Assembly (NCBI GenBank): GCA_963725865.1
Contig: CAVSAC010000014.1
Span: 704,001 to 768,000 of the forward strand
Direction: 5' to 3'
From: Candidatus Eiseniibacteriota bacterium
GTDB taxonomy: Bacteria; Eisenbacteria; RBG-16-71-46
Length of the DNA stretch: 64,000 bases
A program made the position numbers and the translations under genes. Below, piece after piece: positions 1-7,783 of the stretch; position 1 is the stretch's first letter, and each line of letters begins with the position of its first letter. The notes beneath the pieces were generated by a model, which saw nothing but the letters and a program-made list of their open reading frames with translations, did no database searches and was not told the DNA's origin.

Positions 1-950
1 GCCGCGGCACCACGCTGCTCGCCGACAAACGCGAGGGCGCGAACAGCGTCGGCGGCTTCGTGGAGGAGGCGCTGCTGCTCGACCAGCACTGGTCGGCGAG
101 CGTCGCCGCGCGCTGGGACGCGCTCTGGTACGTCTCCGAGGACTTCATCGACCCGACCCTCGACGCGACGAAGACGTTCAAGCGCGTCACGCCCAAGGGC
201 TCGCTGTCGTACCGCAGTGGCGCGCACACCGTGTACGCGTCACTCGGCGGCGGCGTCGAGGCGCCGGCGTTCAACGAGATCGATCCGCCGCCGTCGGTCC
301 CGCCCACCTCGCTCAACCCGTTCCTCGAGCCGATGCACTCGGTGACCTACGAGCTGGGCGCCAAGGGTACGGCCCCCGCGGGAGCCCTCGGCTCCGTTCG
401 CTACGACGCCGCGGTGTACCTGATCGAGGTGCGCAACGACATCGTGCCGTTCAACGGCGGCGCGTACTTCTTCACGGCTGGCAAGTCGCAGCGCCGCGGC
501 GGCGAGCTGAGCCTGGGCCTGAGTCCGCTCGCCGGGCTCACGCTCGGCGGCTCGCTCGCGCTGGCGAAGAACGAGTACGTCGACTACACGAACGATCTCG
601 GCGACTTCGGCGGCAAGCAGGTGCCGGGGCTGCCGGAGGCGACGTTCACGGCCCAGGCCCGCTATCAGGCGCCGGTCGGCCTGTTCGGCATGCTCGAGGT
701 CGAGCACGCCGGCGGCTACTTCGCCGACGACGCGAACACGGTCAGCACCCGCGCCTACACGGTGCTCAACGGCACCGTCGGCTACGCGCGTGCCGCCGGT
801 CGCTACCAGCTGAGGGCGTTCGTGGGCGGCAACAACCTGACCGACGAGGCGTACGACGCCTCGGTCTTCATCAACGGGATCAACAACCAGTTCTTCGAAC
901 CGGGCCTGCCGCAGAACTGGGTCGCCGGTCTGACGCTGCGCGGCCTCTAG
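1..950 (+). CDS. TonB-dependent receptor, C-terminal part (5' truncated by window edge)
   Basis: Open frame from window start; beta-barrel motifs 'LEPMHSVTYELGAKG', 'SQRRGGEL', 'GNNLTDEAY' and terminal 'PGLPQNWVAGLTLRGL'. Confidence 0.9.
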   Translation, partial: RGTTLLADKREGANSVGGFVEEALLLDQHWSASVAARWDALWYVSEDFIDPTLDATKTFKRVTPKGSLSYRSGAHTVYASLGGGVEAPAFNEIDPPPSVPPTSLNPFLEPMHSVTYELGAKGTAPAGALGSVRYDAAVYLIEVRNDIVPFNGGAYFFTAGKSQRRGGELSLGLSPLAGLTLGGSLALAKNEYVDYTNDLGDFGGKQVPGLPEATFTAQARYQAPVGLFGMLEVEHAGGYFADDANTVSTRAYTVLNGTVGYARAAGRYQLRAFVGGNNLTDEAYDASVFINGINNQFFEPGLPQNWVAGLTLRGL

Positions 951-990
951 CCCGCCGGGCGGCGCGGCGCGCCCCGGAAACCACTACACG

Positions 991-1023
991 CCGAGCGGGT
1001 CGGGAGCCTCCCGACCCGCTCGG
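991..1023. terminator. Perfect 15-bp inverted repeat downstream of TBDR gene (terminator-like, no U tract)
   Basis: CCGAGCGGGTCGGGA-GCC-TCCCGACCCGCTCGG. Confidence 0.6.
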
Positions 1024-1103
1024 GCCGTGAAGAAAAGCCGGCTGGAGCCGCCGGACGCTGGGATATACTGCCCGCCCGCGTGGCCGCCGCAGGGACCCCA
1101 ACC

Positions 1104-1751
1104 ATGAACCCCGTCCGCTTCGCCGTGCTCGCCCTCCTGCTGTCCACCCCGCCCGCGCATGCGGGCGCGCGGGTGGACGTGCGGTCCATCGACCTGCAGG
1201 CGCCTCCCGCGCAAGTGCAGGTGGGCGACGTGGTGACGCTGCACTGGGTGGACCCGGGACCGCTCGCCGAGGAGATGGAGATCCTGCTCTCGGTCGACGG
1301 CGGTCGCACCTACCCATTGCGCGTGAGCCCCGAACTCGATCCGCGTGCGGGATCGTACCGGTGGCGCGTTCCCGATCTGCCCGCCGCGGGCGCGTGCCTG
1401 CGGGTGCGGCTGGGGCATGGGCGCGACGAATGGTCCTGCGCGCCGACGGCAGCGTTCCGCATCGTGGCGGGCGGCGCCGACGCCGGCGCGTGCGTCCACG
1501 AAGCCGGGTGGTGGGAGCGCGCGGGCGCGGAGCGCGGAGGGGCGGCCGGCTCGCTCGATCGTCCGGGCGAGCGATTCGAAGTCCTCTCCGAGGACGCCGC
1601 GATCTCCGAGGACGACAATGCCCCGCGGCTGGCGGGACTCGCGCCGCTCGATCCCGCGACGCGCGGCGGCACCGCGCCCGAGCGCGTCTTCGAGCTGACC
1701 CGCGCGTGCACGCGCGCCGCGCACCCGGGACGATTCCCACTGCGCAACTGA
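1104..1751 (+). CDS. Exported hypothetical protein (signal peptide + Ig-like domain + low-complexity tail); candidate regulatory leader ORF
   Basis: TATACT -10 at 1064-1069; MNPVRFAVLALLLSTPPAHA signal peptide; 'ILLSVDGGRTYP...YRWRVP' Ig-like pattern; ends PGRFPLRN. Confidence 0.7.
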   Translation: MNPVRFAVLALLLSTPPAHAGARVDVRSIDLQAPPAQVQVGDVVTLHWVDPGPLAEEMEILLSVDGGRTYPLRVSPELDPRAGSYRWRVPDLPAAGACLRVRLGHGRDEWSCAPTAAFRIVAGGADAGACVHEAGWWERAGAERGGAAGSLDRPGERFEVLSEDAAISEDDNAPRLAGLAPLDPATRGGTAPERVFELTRACTRAAHPGRFPLRN

Positions 1752-1819
1752 TCCTTCCGTCGCGCCCCGTCCTGCGCCCATCCCCGATCCGCGAAGACGA
1801 TCCGACGAAAGGACCGCCC

Positions 1820-3970
1820 ATGCTCTGCTCTGGCCCGGCCGCGCGCCGCGCGACCTTCGCCCTGCTGCTGCTCGCCATCGCCGCCCCGACGTTCGCCGCC
1901 GGGGTGGACACCACCCGGGTGCTGCACGACCCGGTCCGCTACGGAATCGTGGTCTCCGCCACCAAGACCACCCAGTCCCCGCTCGAAGTCCCCAACGGCG
2001 TCGCGATCGTGAGCGGCGCCGAGCTGCGCGGCACCGGCGCGCGCACGCTCGGGGAGGCGCTCGTCGACGTGGTCGGCGTCGAGACCGGTGGCGGCTCCGA
2101 CAACGGAGGCCGGCTGCCCAACATCGGCATGTGGGGTCTCAAGGAGTTCGACGCCCTGCTCATCACGGTCGACGGGGTGCCGGTCGGTGGGCCGTTCAAT
2201 CCGTCGCTGGCGCAGATCGCGGTCGACGACGTCGACCACGTCGAGATCGTGAAGGGTCCGCAGGGCACGCTCTACGGCGTGTCGGCGTTCGCGGGCATGG
2301 TGCAGGTGTTCACGAACCGCGACCCGCTGGCGCAGCCGCACTCGGTGACGCTCGGCGGCGGCTCGTTCCAGGACTTCCACGGCCGGCTCGCGATGCAGCA
2401 GGAGTTGGCGAACGCGTGGAGGCTCGACCTGGCGTTGTCGGGCCAGACCGGCGACGGCTGGCAGGAGCGCACCCACGGCGAGGTCGAGCGCGGGCGCGTG
2501 TCGCTGGCGGGCATGGCGGGCCGGGCGAGCCTCGGCTTCGACGTGATCGGGCTCGCGGACCGCCAGGATTGGGGCTCGCCGATCCCGGTCGACGCCGGCG
2601 AAGTGCTGCCGGGGTTCGAGCGCACCCGGAACTACGCGGTGAAGGGCGCGGTACAGGAACACGACGTGATCGCGATCAACCAGCGCCTCTCCCTGCCGGT
2701 GCGCGAGGGCATGCGGCTCGACAACACGCTGAGCCTCACCCGCGACAAGCAGAACTCGGTGCGCAGCTTCTTCGCCGAGTTCCTCACCGACACCGTGGGC
2801 TCGGCGGGCGTCGCGCTGCGGCCCATCGAGAGCGTGCTGTTCGACGACGCGCGCCTGGTGTCGCGCTTCCAGCTGCAGGGCGACCACGAGCTGGTGACCG
2901 GCGCGGCGGTCACGTGGGGCCGCACCAAGGCGAGCGGCATCGGTTTCGATTTCGACCAGCTGATGGCGGATCCGACGACCATCCCGTTCTTCGAGGATGT
3001 GCCGGTCGGCGACCATCGCGCGTTCGAGGACCGGCGCACGTTCCTCGGCGTGTACGCGCACGATGCGTGGACGCCGGTGCGCTGGGCGACGCTGGCGGGC
3101 GGCGGCCGCTGGGACCGCACCGACGAGGCGCTGCACGCGTTCGGCGAGGAGGTCGGATTCGCGGCCGCCATCAGCGACGACAAGCGCAACGACTCGGCAT
3201 GGTCGGGGGATCTGTCCCTGCTGGTGCGGCTGCTGCCCGCCGCCGGCGCGGGCCCACTCGGCGTGCTCAATGCCTACGGCAATTGGAAGAGCTCCTTCAA
3301 GCCCGCGGCCCCCAATCTCACCGAGGCGGAGGACGCCCGCATCCTCGATCCCGAGCGCACCCACTCGCTCGAGGGCGGCTTCAAGGGCGCGGCGTACGAC
3401 GGCCAGCTGGCGTTCGACGCCGCGATGTTCCAGATGGACTTCCACAACCTGGTGGTCTCGAACCTCGACGCCAGCTCGAACCCGGTACTCCTGAACGCCG
3501 GCCACGAGCGCTTCAAGGGCATCGAGGTCTCCGCCTCGGTCGCTCCCAAGGCGCTGCCGGGGCTCACGCTCTCGGGCGGCTGGGCCAATCACGACCCGCG
3601 CTTCGTGGAGTTCTCGTTCCTCACGCCGGACGGCCAGCTGCGCATCGTCGACGGCAAGATCATCGAGCTGGTGCCGCGTCAGCTCTGGAACGCTCGCGCG
3701 TCGTACGCGCCGGCGAAGTGGCTGGGCGGCTGGATCGCGGCGCGGCACCAGGGCCAGCGCCCGCTGACGCGGCGCAATACCTTCTGGACCGAGCCATTCG
3801 ACGAGCTCGACGCCGGCCTCACGTTCGCGGCGTACGGCGCGCGACTAGCGGTGACGGGCCGCAATCTCGGCGACGAGCGTCACTTCGTCTCGGAGAGCGA
3901 TGTCGGTGACTCGCAGTTCTACTACGCGCCGCCGAAGCGCTTCACGGCCGAGGTGACCTACCCATTCTAA
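1820..3970 (+). CDS. TonB-dependent receptor
   Basis: AAAGGA RBS; signal peptide; TonB-box-like 'IVVSATK'; plug motif 'VEIVKGPQGTLYG'; C-terminal 'FTAEVTYPF'. Confidence 0.95.
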   Translation: MLCSGPAARRATFALLLLAIAAPTFAAGVDTTRVLHDPVRYGIVVSATKTTQSPLEVPNGVAIVSGAELRGTGARTLGEALVDVVGVETGGGSDNGGRLPNIGMWGLKEFDALLITVDGVPVGGPFNPSLAQIAVDDVDHVEIVKGPQGTLYGVSAFAGMVQVFTNRDPLAQPHSVTLGGGSFQDFHGRLAMQQELANAWRLDLALSGQTGDGWQERTHGEVERGRVSLAGMAGRASLGFDVIGLADRQDWGSPIPVDAGEVLPGFERTRNYAVKGAVQEHDVIAINQRLSLPVREGMRLDNTLSLTRDKQNSVRSFFAEFLTDTVGSAGVALRPIESVLFDDARLVSRFQLQGDHELVTGAAVTWGRTKASGIGFDFDQLMADPTTIPFFEDVPVGDHRAFEDRRTFLGVYAHDAWTPVRWATLAGGGRWDRTDEALHAFGEEVGFAAAISDDKRNDSAWSGDLSLLVRLLPAAGAGPLGVLNAYGNWKSSFKPAAPNLTEAEDARILDPERTHSLEGGFKGAAYDGQLAFDAAMFQMDFHNLVVSNLDASSNPVLLNAGHERFKGIEVSASVAPKALPGLTLSGGWANHDPRFVEFSFLTPDGQLRIVDGKIIELVPRQLWNARASYAPAKWLGGWIAARHQGQRPLTRRNTFWTEPFDELDAGLTFAAYGARLAVTGRNLGDERHFVSESDVGDSQFYYAPPKRFTAEVTYPF

Positions 3971-4395
3971 GGAGTGCCGGCGGTCCCGGGCGGGCCCGTT
4001 GCGGGGCTTGAGCGACGTGACGAAGCGGACCGGCTCCCTACCGGCCCGCTTCGTCGTCGGCGCCTGCTACTCCCCCGACCGACAAGTGAGCGGAGGTGGG
4101 ATCGTCTCGGCCAACCGGCCCCCGATTGCGATCAACCTCCACGAGCCCGGCCCACCGCTCCTTGCCTGTCGTGGTCGAGGCCTCGCGGCCTCGCCGGATC
4201 TCCATCGCAACCCGCGGGCCACCGCGGCAGCGATCGCCCCACCGCGCGATGCGCCTGCGAAAGCTCGCGCTTGCGGCCTCTCGATCGCGGCCTCGGGCGC
4301 CGGCCAAGCCACTCGACGTCGGCGAGTTGAGCAGCGACGTCGGACGGTCGACAGACGGCGCCGGGGATCCGCGCGGAGGGCCGAAAAGAGACCTC

Positions 4396-4425
4396 TTGAC
4401 GAGCTGCACACGCGTGCAGTAGGGT
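4396..4425 (+). promoter_or_regulatory. sigma70-type lexA promoter with palindromic putative LexA (SOS) box in the spacer
   Basis: TTGACG (4396-4401), 18 nt, TAGGGT (4420-4425); CTGCAC-ACGC-GTGCAG at 4404-4419. Confidence 0.8.
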
Positions 4426-4475
4426 CCGCGTGTGCCGGGTCCCACGTGGACCTACAACCAGCGTGAGGTCGAAGC

Positions 4476-5078
4476 ATGTTGAACGATCGAGCGCGCGAAG
4501 TACTCGCTTTCATCCAGCGGTTCTCGCGCGAAAAGGGGTACCCGCCCACCATCCGCGAGATCGGTGAGGCGGTGAACATCGCCTCGACCAACGGCGTGCG
4601 CTACTACACGACGCTGCTCGAGAAGGCGGGGCATCTCGAGCGCAGCAGCAAGATCTCGCGCGGCATCCGCCCGATCGATCGCTCCCCGCGCAGCAGCGGG
4701 ATCCCGATCCTCGGCCGCGTCGCCGCCGGTCAGCCGACGCTCGCCGAGGAGAACCTCGAGGGCGCTCTCGAGCCCGATCGCGTGTTCGGCGACACCGCGG
4801 GGCTGTTCGCGCTGCGGGTTCGCGGCGACAGCATGATCGACGCCGGGATCCTCGAGGGCGACTACGTCGTCGTGCGCGGCCAGGAGCGCGCGAACGCCGG
4901 CGAGATCGTGGTCGGCCTGCTCGGCGATGAGGCGACAGTGAAGTACTACCAGCCGAAACGCGGAGCCATCGAGCTGGTGGCCGCCAATCCTAAGTACGCA
5001 CCCATCGAGGTGGGAGCCGACGCCGACTTCCGCATCCTGGGCGTGGTGCGCGGCGTCATCCGAACGGTCGGGCGCTGA
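4476..5078 (+). CDS. lexA: SOS repressor LexA
   Basis: wHTH 'GYPPTIREIG'; Ala-Gly cleavage site 'GRVAAGQP'; catalytic Ser 'GDSMI' and Lys 'EATVKY'. Confidence 0.97.
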   Translation: MLNDRAREVLAFIQRFSREKGYPPTIREIGEAVNIASTNGVRYYTTLLEKAGHLERSSKISRGIRPIDRSPRSSGIPILGRVAAGQPTLAEENLEGALEPDRVFGDTAGLFALRVRGDSMIDAGILEGDYVVVRGQERANAGEIVVGLLGDEATVKYYQPKRGAIELVAANPKYAPIEVGADADFRILGVVRGVIRTVGR

Positions 5079-5166
5079 GGCGCGCCTCGGCTCCCGACCA
5101 CTCACGATCGCATCGCACGGCGGTGTGGTTCATCCGAAAGGACGAGACAGACCAGAGTGGCAGGTG

Positions 5167-5187
5167 CCGGGTCCGCCCGGTTTTTTT
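5167..5187 (+). terminator. Rho-independent terminator after lexA
   Basis: CCGGG-TCCG-CCCGG followed by T7. Confidence 0.75.
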
Positions 5188-5199
5188 CGGGGCCTGTAG

Positions 5200-5213
5200 T
5201 GCACATCCGTTCA
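5200..5213. promoter_or_regulatory. Second putative LexA box upstream of the tnpA-like gene
   Basis: TGCAC-ATCC-GTTCA; arms differ by one base from TGCAC-N4-GTGCA of the lexA promoter. Confidence 0.55.
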
Positions 5214-5237
5214 ACCATCCCCGCAGGAGGTACGACC

Positions 5238-5696
5238 GTGGATCGCTCGATCGCTCCCGAGGTGCATGAAGCTCTGTTGGGTCGTTGGGAGCCGGTCTAC
5301 CGCAGCCAGCTCCACTACCTCATCACCTGGAGCACGCGCGGCCGCCGTCCGGTGCTGCGTGACCGGCACATCCACGCGCTGCAGGAACTCACTCGCCAGA
5401 TCAGCGAGGACCGTGGATTCGGATTGCTCGAGGCGCTCGCGGGGCCGGATCACGTCCACCTGCTGCTCGTGCTCCGTCCATCGCAGAGCGTGGCCAGCGC
5501 GGTGCGCGAGCTCAAGGGCCGCGCCGGGGTCGAGCTCATGTCGCGATTCCCCGAGCTGCGTGTATGGCTCGGCGGAAACCTGGTGTGGGACGAGCGCTAC
5601 TCCGTCGAGACCGTGAGCCCCGCCCGACTCGATCGGGTGCGCGAGCGACTGCGGTTGCTGCACGCGAACGACGACGACCTCGCGCAGGCGAGCTGA
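5238..5696 (+). CDS. IS200/IS605 TnpA (Y1 HUH)-like protein lacking the catalytic Tyr
   Basis: AGGAGG RBS + GTG; 'HYLITWSTRGRRPVL', 'PDHVHLL', 'VRELKG', 'FPEL', 'VWDERYSVETV' match TnpA; expected YIxxQ helix reads 'VRERLRLLH'. Confidence 0.85.
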   Translation: MDRSIAPEVHEALLGRWEPVYRSQLHYLITWSTRGRRPVLRDRHIHALQELTRQISEDRGFGLLEALAGPDHVHLLLVLRPSQSVASAVRELKGRAGVELMSRFPELRVWLGGNLVWDERYSVETVSPARLDRVRERLRLLHANDDDLAQAS

Positions 5697-5975
5697 GGCC
5701 ATCCGGAGCGCGGCGGCGGGCGGCGCCGCGCTCCGCCGCCCGTTCGCGCGCCGTCGAGATGACGGCGTCGTCGCGGAGGCGGAAGCGTCCCGAGCGGAGC
5801 GCGACCAGGGACGAGTAGGGGGCCGGGGCGACCGACCCGAACTGCACCACGCACCGATGTGTCGCCCCGGTGTCTCCTGCGCGCAGTCGACGAGGAGGCC
5901 GCAAACGAAAACGCGCCCCGCATCCGAGGATGCTGGGCGCGCGATTTCGTTCCGACCGCGATGAGCCGCCGAGGG

Positions 5976-6716
5976 TCAGCCGCCGGCGCCGGTCAGCGCG
6001 GGCGTGGGAGTTGGCGCCGTGGTCGAACGCGGCGACTCACTCGCGAGTGGGGCGGGCTCCGGCGACTCGACGATCCCGAGCCAGTGCCCGGCGCGCTTCT
6101 GCTTGGTTGCAAGGTAGCGATGGTTGTGGCGATTCGCCGGCGCGACGTGCGGAAGTCGGCCCACCACCTTCACGCCGTGCTCGCGCAGGCCCGCCAGCTT
6201 GGCCGGGTTGTTCGTCATCAGCACGACGCTGCGCACGCCGAGCGCCGCCAGCATCTCGGCTGCCGCGCCGTAGTCGCGCAGGTCGTCACCGAAGCCGAGC
6301 AGGCGATTCGCCTCGATCGTGTCGTGCCCCACGTCCTGCAGCGCGTACGCGCGGATCTTGTTCGTCAGTCCGATCCCGCGGCCTTCCTGTCGCAGGTAGA
6401 GCATCACGCCTACTTGGAGCCGACCGATCGTCTCGAGGGCGGACGTCAGCTGATCGCGGCAATCGCAGCGCAGGGATCCGAGCACGTCGCCGGTCAGGCA
6501 CTCCGAATGGACCCGCACCGGCACGCGCGAGCGACCGCGCACGGGACCCCGCACGATCGCCAGATGCTCCCGGCCGTCCGGCCCGGCGGTGAACGCCACG
6601 GCACGGAAATCCCCGAACCGGGAGGGCAGCTCCGCGACCGAGACGATCCGCATGGGTTCATGAGGCATCAGGTCAGCATGGGCGGCCCGGTCCGGCGCGG
6701 GATCGATGTGGGGCAT
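5976..6716 (-). CDS. ribA: GTP cyclohydrolase II (monofunctional)
   Basis: 'VRVHSECLTGDVLGSLRCDC', 'YLRQEGRGIGL', 'LMTNNPAK'; start uncertain. Confidence 0.95.
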   Translation of the reverse strand: MPHIDPAPDRAAHADLMPHEPMRIVSVAELPSRFGDFRAVAFTAGPDGREHLAIVRGPVRGRSRVPVRVHSECLTGDVLGSLRCDCRDQLTSALETIGRLQVGVMLYLRQEGRGIGLTNKIRAYALQDVGHDTIEANRLLGFGDDLRDYGAAAEMLAALGVRSVVLMTNNPAKLAGLREHGVKVVGRLPHVAPANRHNHRYLATKQKRAGHWLGIVESPEPAPLASESPRSTTAPTPTPALTGAGG

Positions 6717-6830
6717 GAGTGGTCTCCAGGGGATCGCATCGGGTGGCGCTCTCTAGATGCGCGGACCCCGTCCCAGGATCACCTCAACTTCAGCGCGGTT
6801 CGACCGGCTGGACTGCGGCGACTACCTCGG

Positions 6831-7745
6831 TTACGCCCGTTCCGCCTGCGCGGGCCCGGCCTCGGGCGTCCCGCGGGAGGCGAGCGCGGCAGCGACCAGC
6901 ACCAGGGCGGCACCGAACCACTGCATCGAACGCAGCCCTTCGCCCAGCAGAAGCGCCGAGGCCGCCACCGCGATCACCGGCTCCAGCGTGGCGAGTACCC
7001 CGGCTTCGGCCGGCGGCAGACGGCGCAGCCCCGCGTTGAACAGCGCGAACGGCACCAGCGTCGAGCACACACCGAGCGCCAGGAACATCCACCACAGCGC
7101 GGCGTCGTAGTGCGCCGCCAAGATCCGCCACGGCGGCAGCGCGACCATCCAGAAGAGCGCCGCGACCCAGAACGTGTGGAACAGCACGGTCTCGGGGTCG
7201 TAGTCCCGCAGCCCGCGCTTCGAGCGCACGATGTAGAAGGCGAAGATGACCGCCGACAGGAATGAGATCACCCAGTGGATCGGTCGCGCTCCTCGCGCGG
7301 CCGGGTTCACGCCGCCGACCAGCAGAGCGGTGCCCGCGAGCGCGGCGATCACGGCGATGACCATGGGCACGCTGGGCCGCCGGCCGCGCAGGGCATCCCA
7401 CACCACGATGAGCGCGGGCGCGAGGTACTGGATGAGGATCGCCAGTCCGACGCCGAGCTTCGAGATCGCGACGTAGTAGGTGCTCTGGAGCATCGCGACT
7501 CCAAAGAGCCCGAGCGTGAGGAAGTAGCCGAGGTCGGCGCGCCGGATGCGCAACGCTGCCGGCCGCCGCCACGCGAGCCAGGCACCGAGCAGTGTCACCG
7601 CGAACACCAGTCGCAACTCGACCGCCACCAGCGGCGGCACCTGCCGGTCGCGGAACACGAATCGCGCGAGGGTGGCCGAGAGCCCCCAGAGCGTGCTCGC
7701 CCCGAACACGAGCCAGCGGCCGCGCGAGCGCTCGCGGTCGTTCAT
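6831..7745 (-). CDS. EamA/DMT family transporter
   Basis: About 10 hydrophobic helices, 304 aa, 'TLEPVIA...LLGE' motif. Confidence 0.9.
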   Translation of the reverse strand: MNDRERSRGRWLVFGASTLWGLSATLARFVFRDRQVPPLVAVELRLVFAVTLLGAWLAWRRPAALRIRRADLGYFLTLGLFGVAMLQSTYYVAISKLGVGLAILIQYLAPALIVVWDALRGRRPSVPMVIAVIAALAGTALLVGGVNPAARGARPIHWVISFLSAVIFAFYIVRSKRGLRDYDPETVLFHTFWVAALFWMVALPPWRILAAHYDAALWWMFLALGVCSTLVPFALFNAGLRRLPPAEAGVLATLEPVIAVAASALLLGEGLRSMQWFGAALVLVAAALASRGTPEAGPAQAERA

Positions 7746-7783
7746 CGGTGCCGCTCCGCCGATGGCATCCGGTGCGCGCTCCC

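Noticed and set aside
4438..4452. GGTCCCACGTGGACC upstream of lexA as a third parS
   Set aside because: Only the CCACGTGG core matches; the GTT/AAC arms are missing.
5125..5150. Hammerhead ribozyme suggested by TCCGAAAGGACGAGAC
   Set aside because: No CUGANGA core, and GAAA is replaced by GAGA; c-di-GMP-I motif also not matched.
5157..5750. Active IS200/IS605 element
   Set aside because: Catalytic Tyr absent, no tnpB, element ends not definable.
6717..6830. FMN riboswitch upstream of ribA
   Set aside because: RFN conserved sequences not present.
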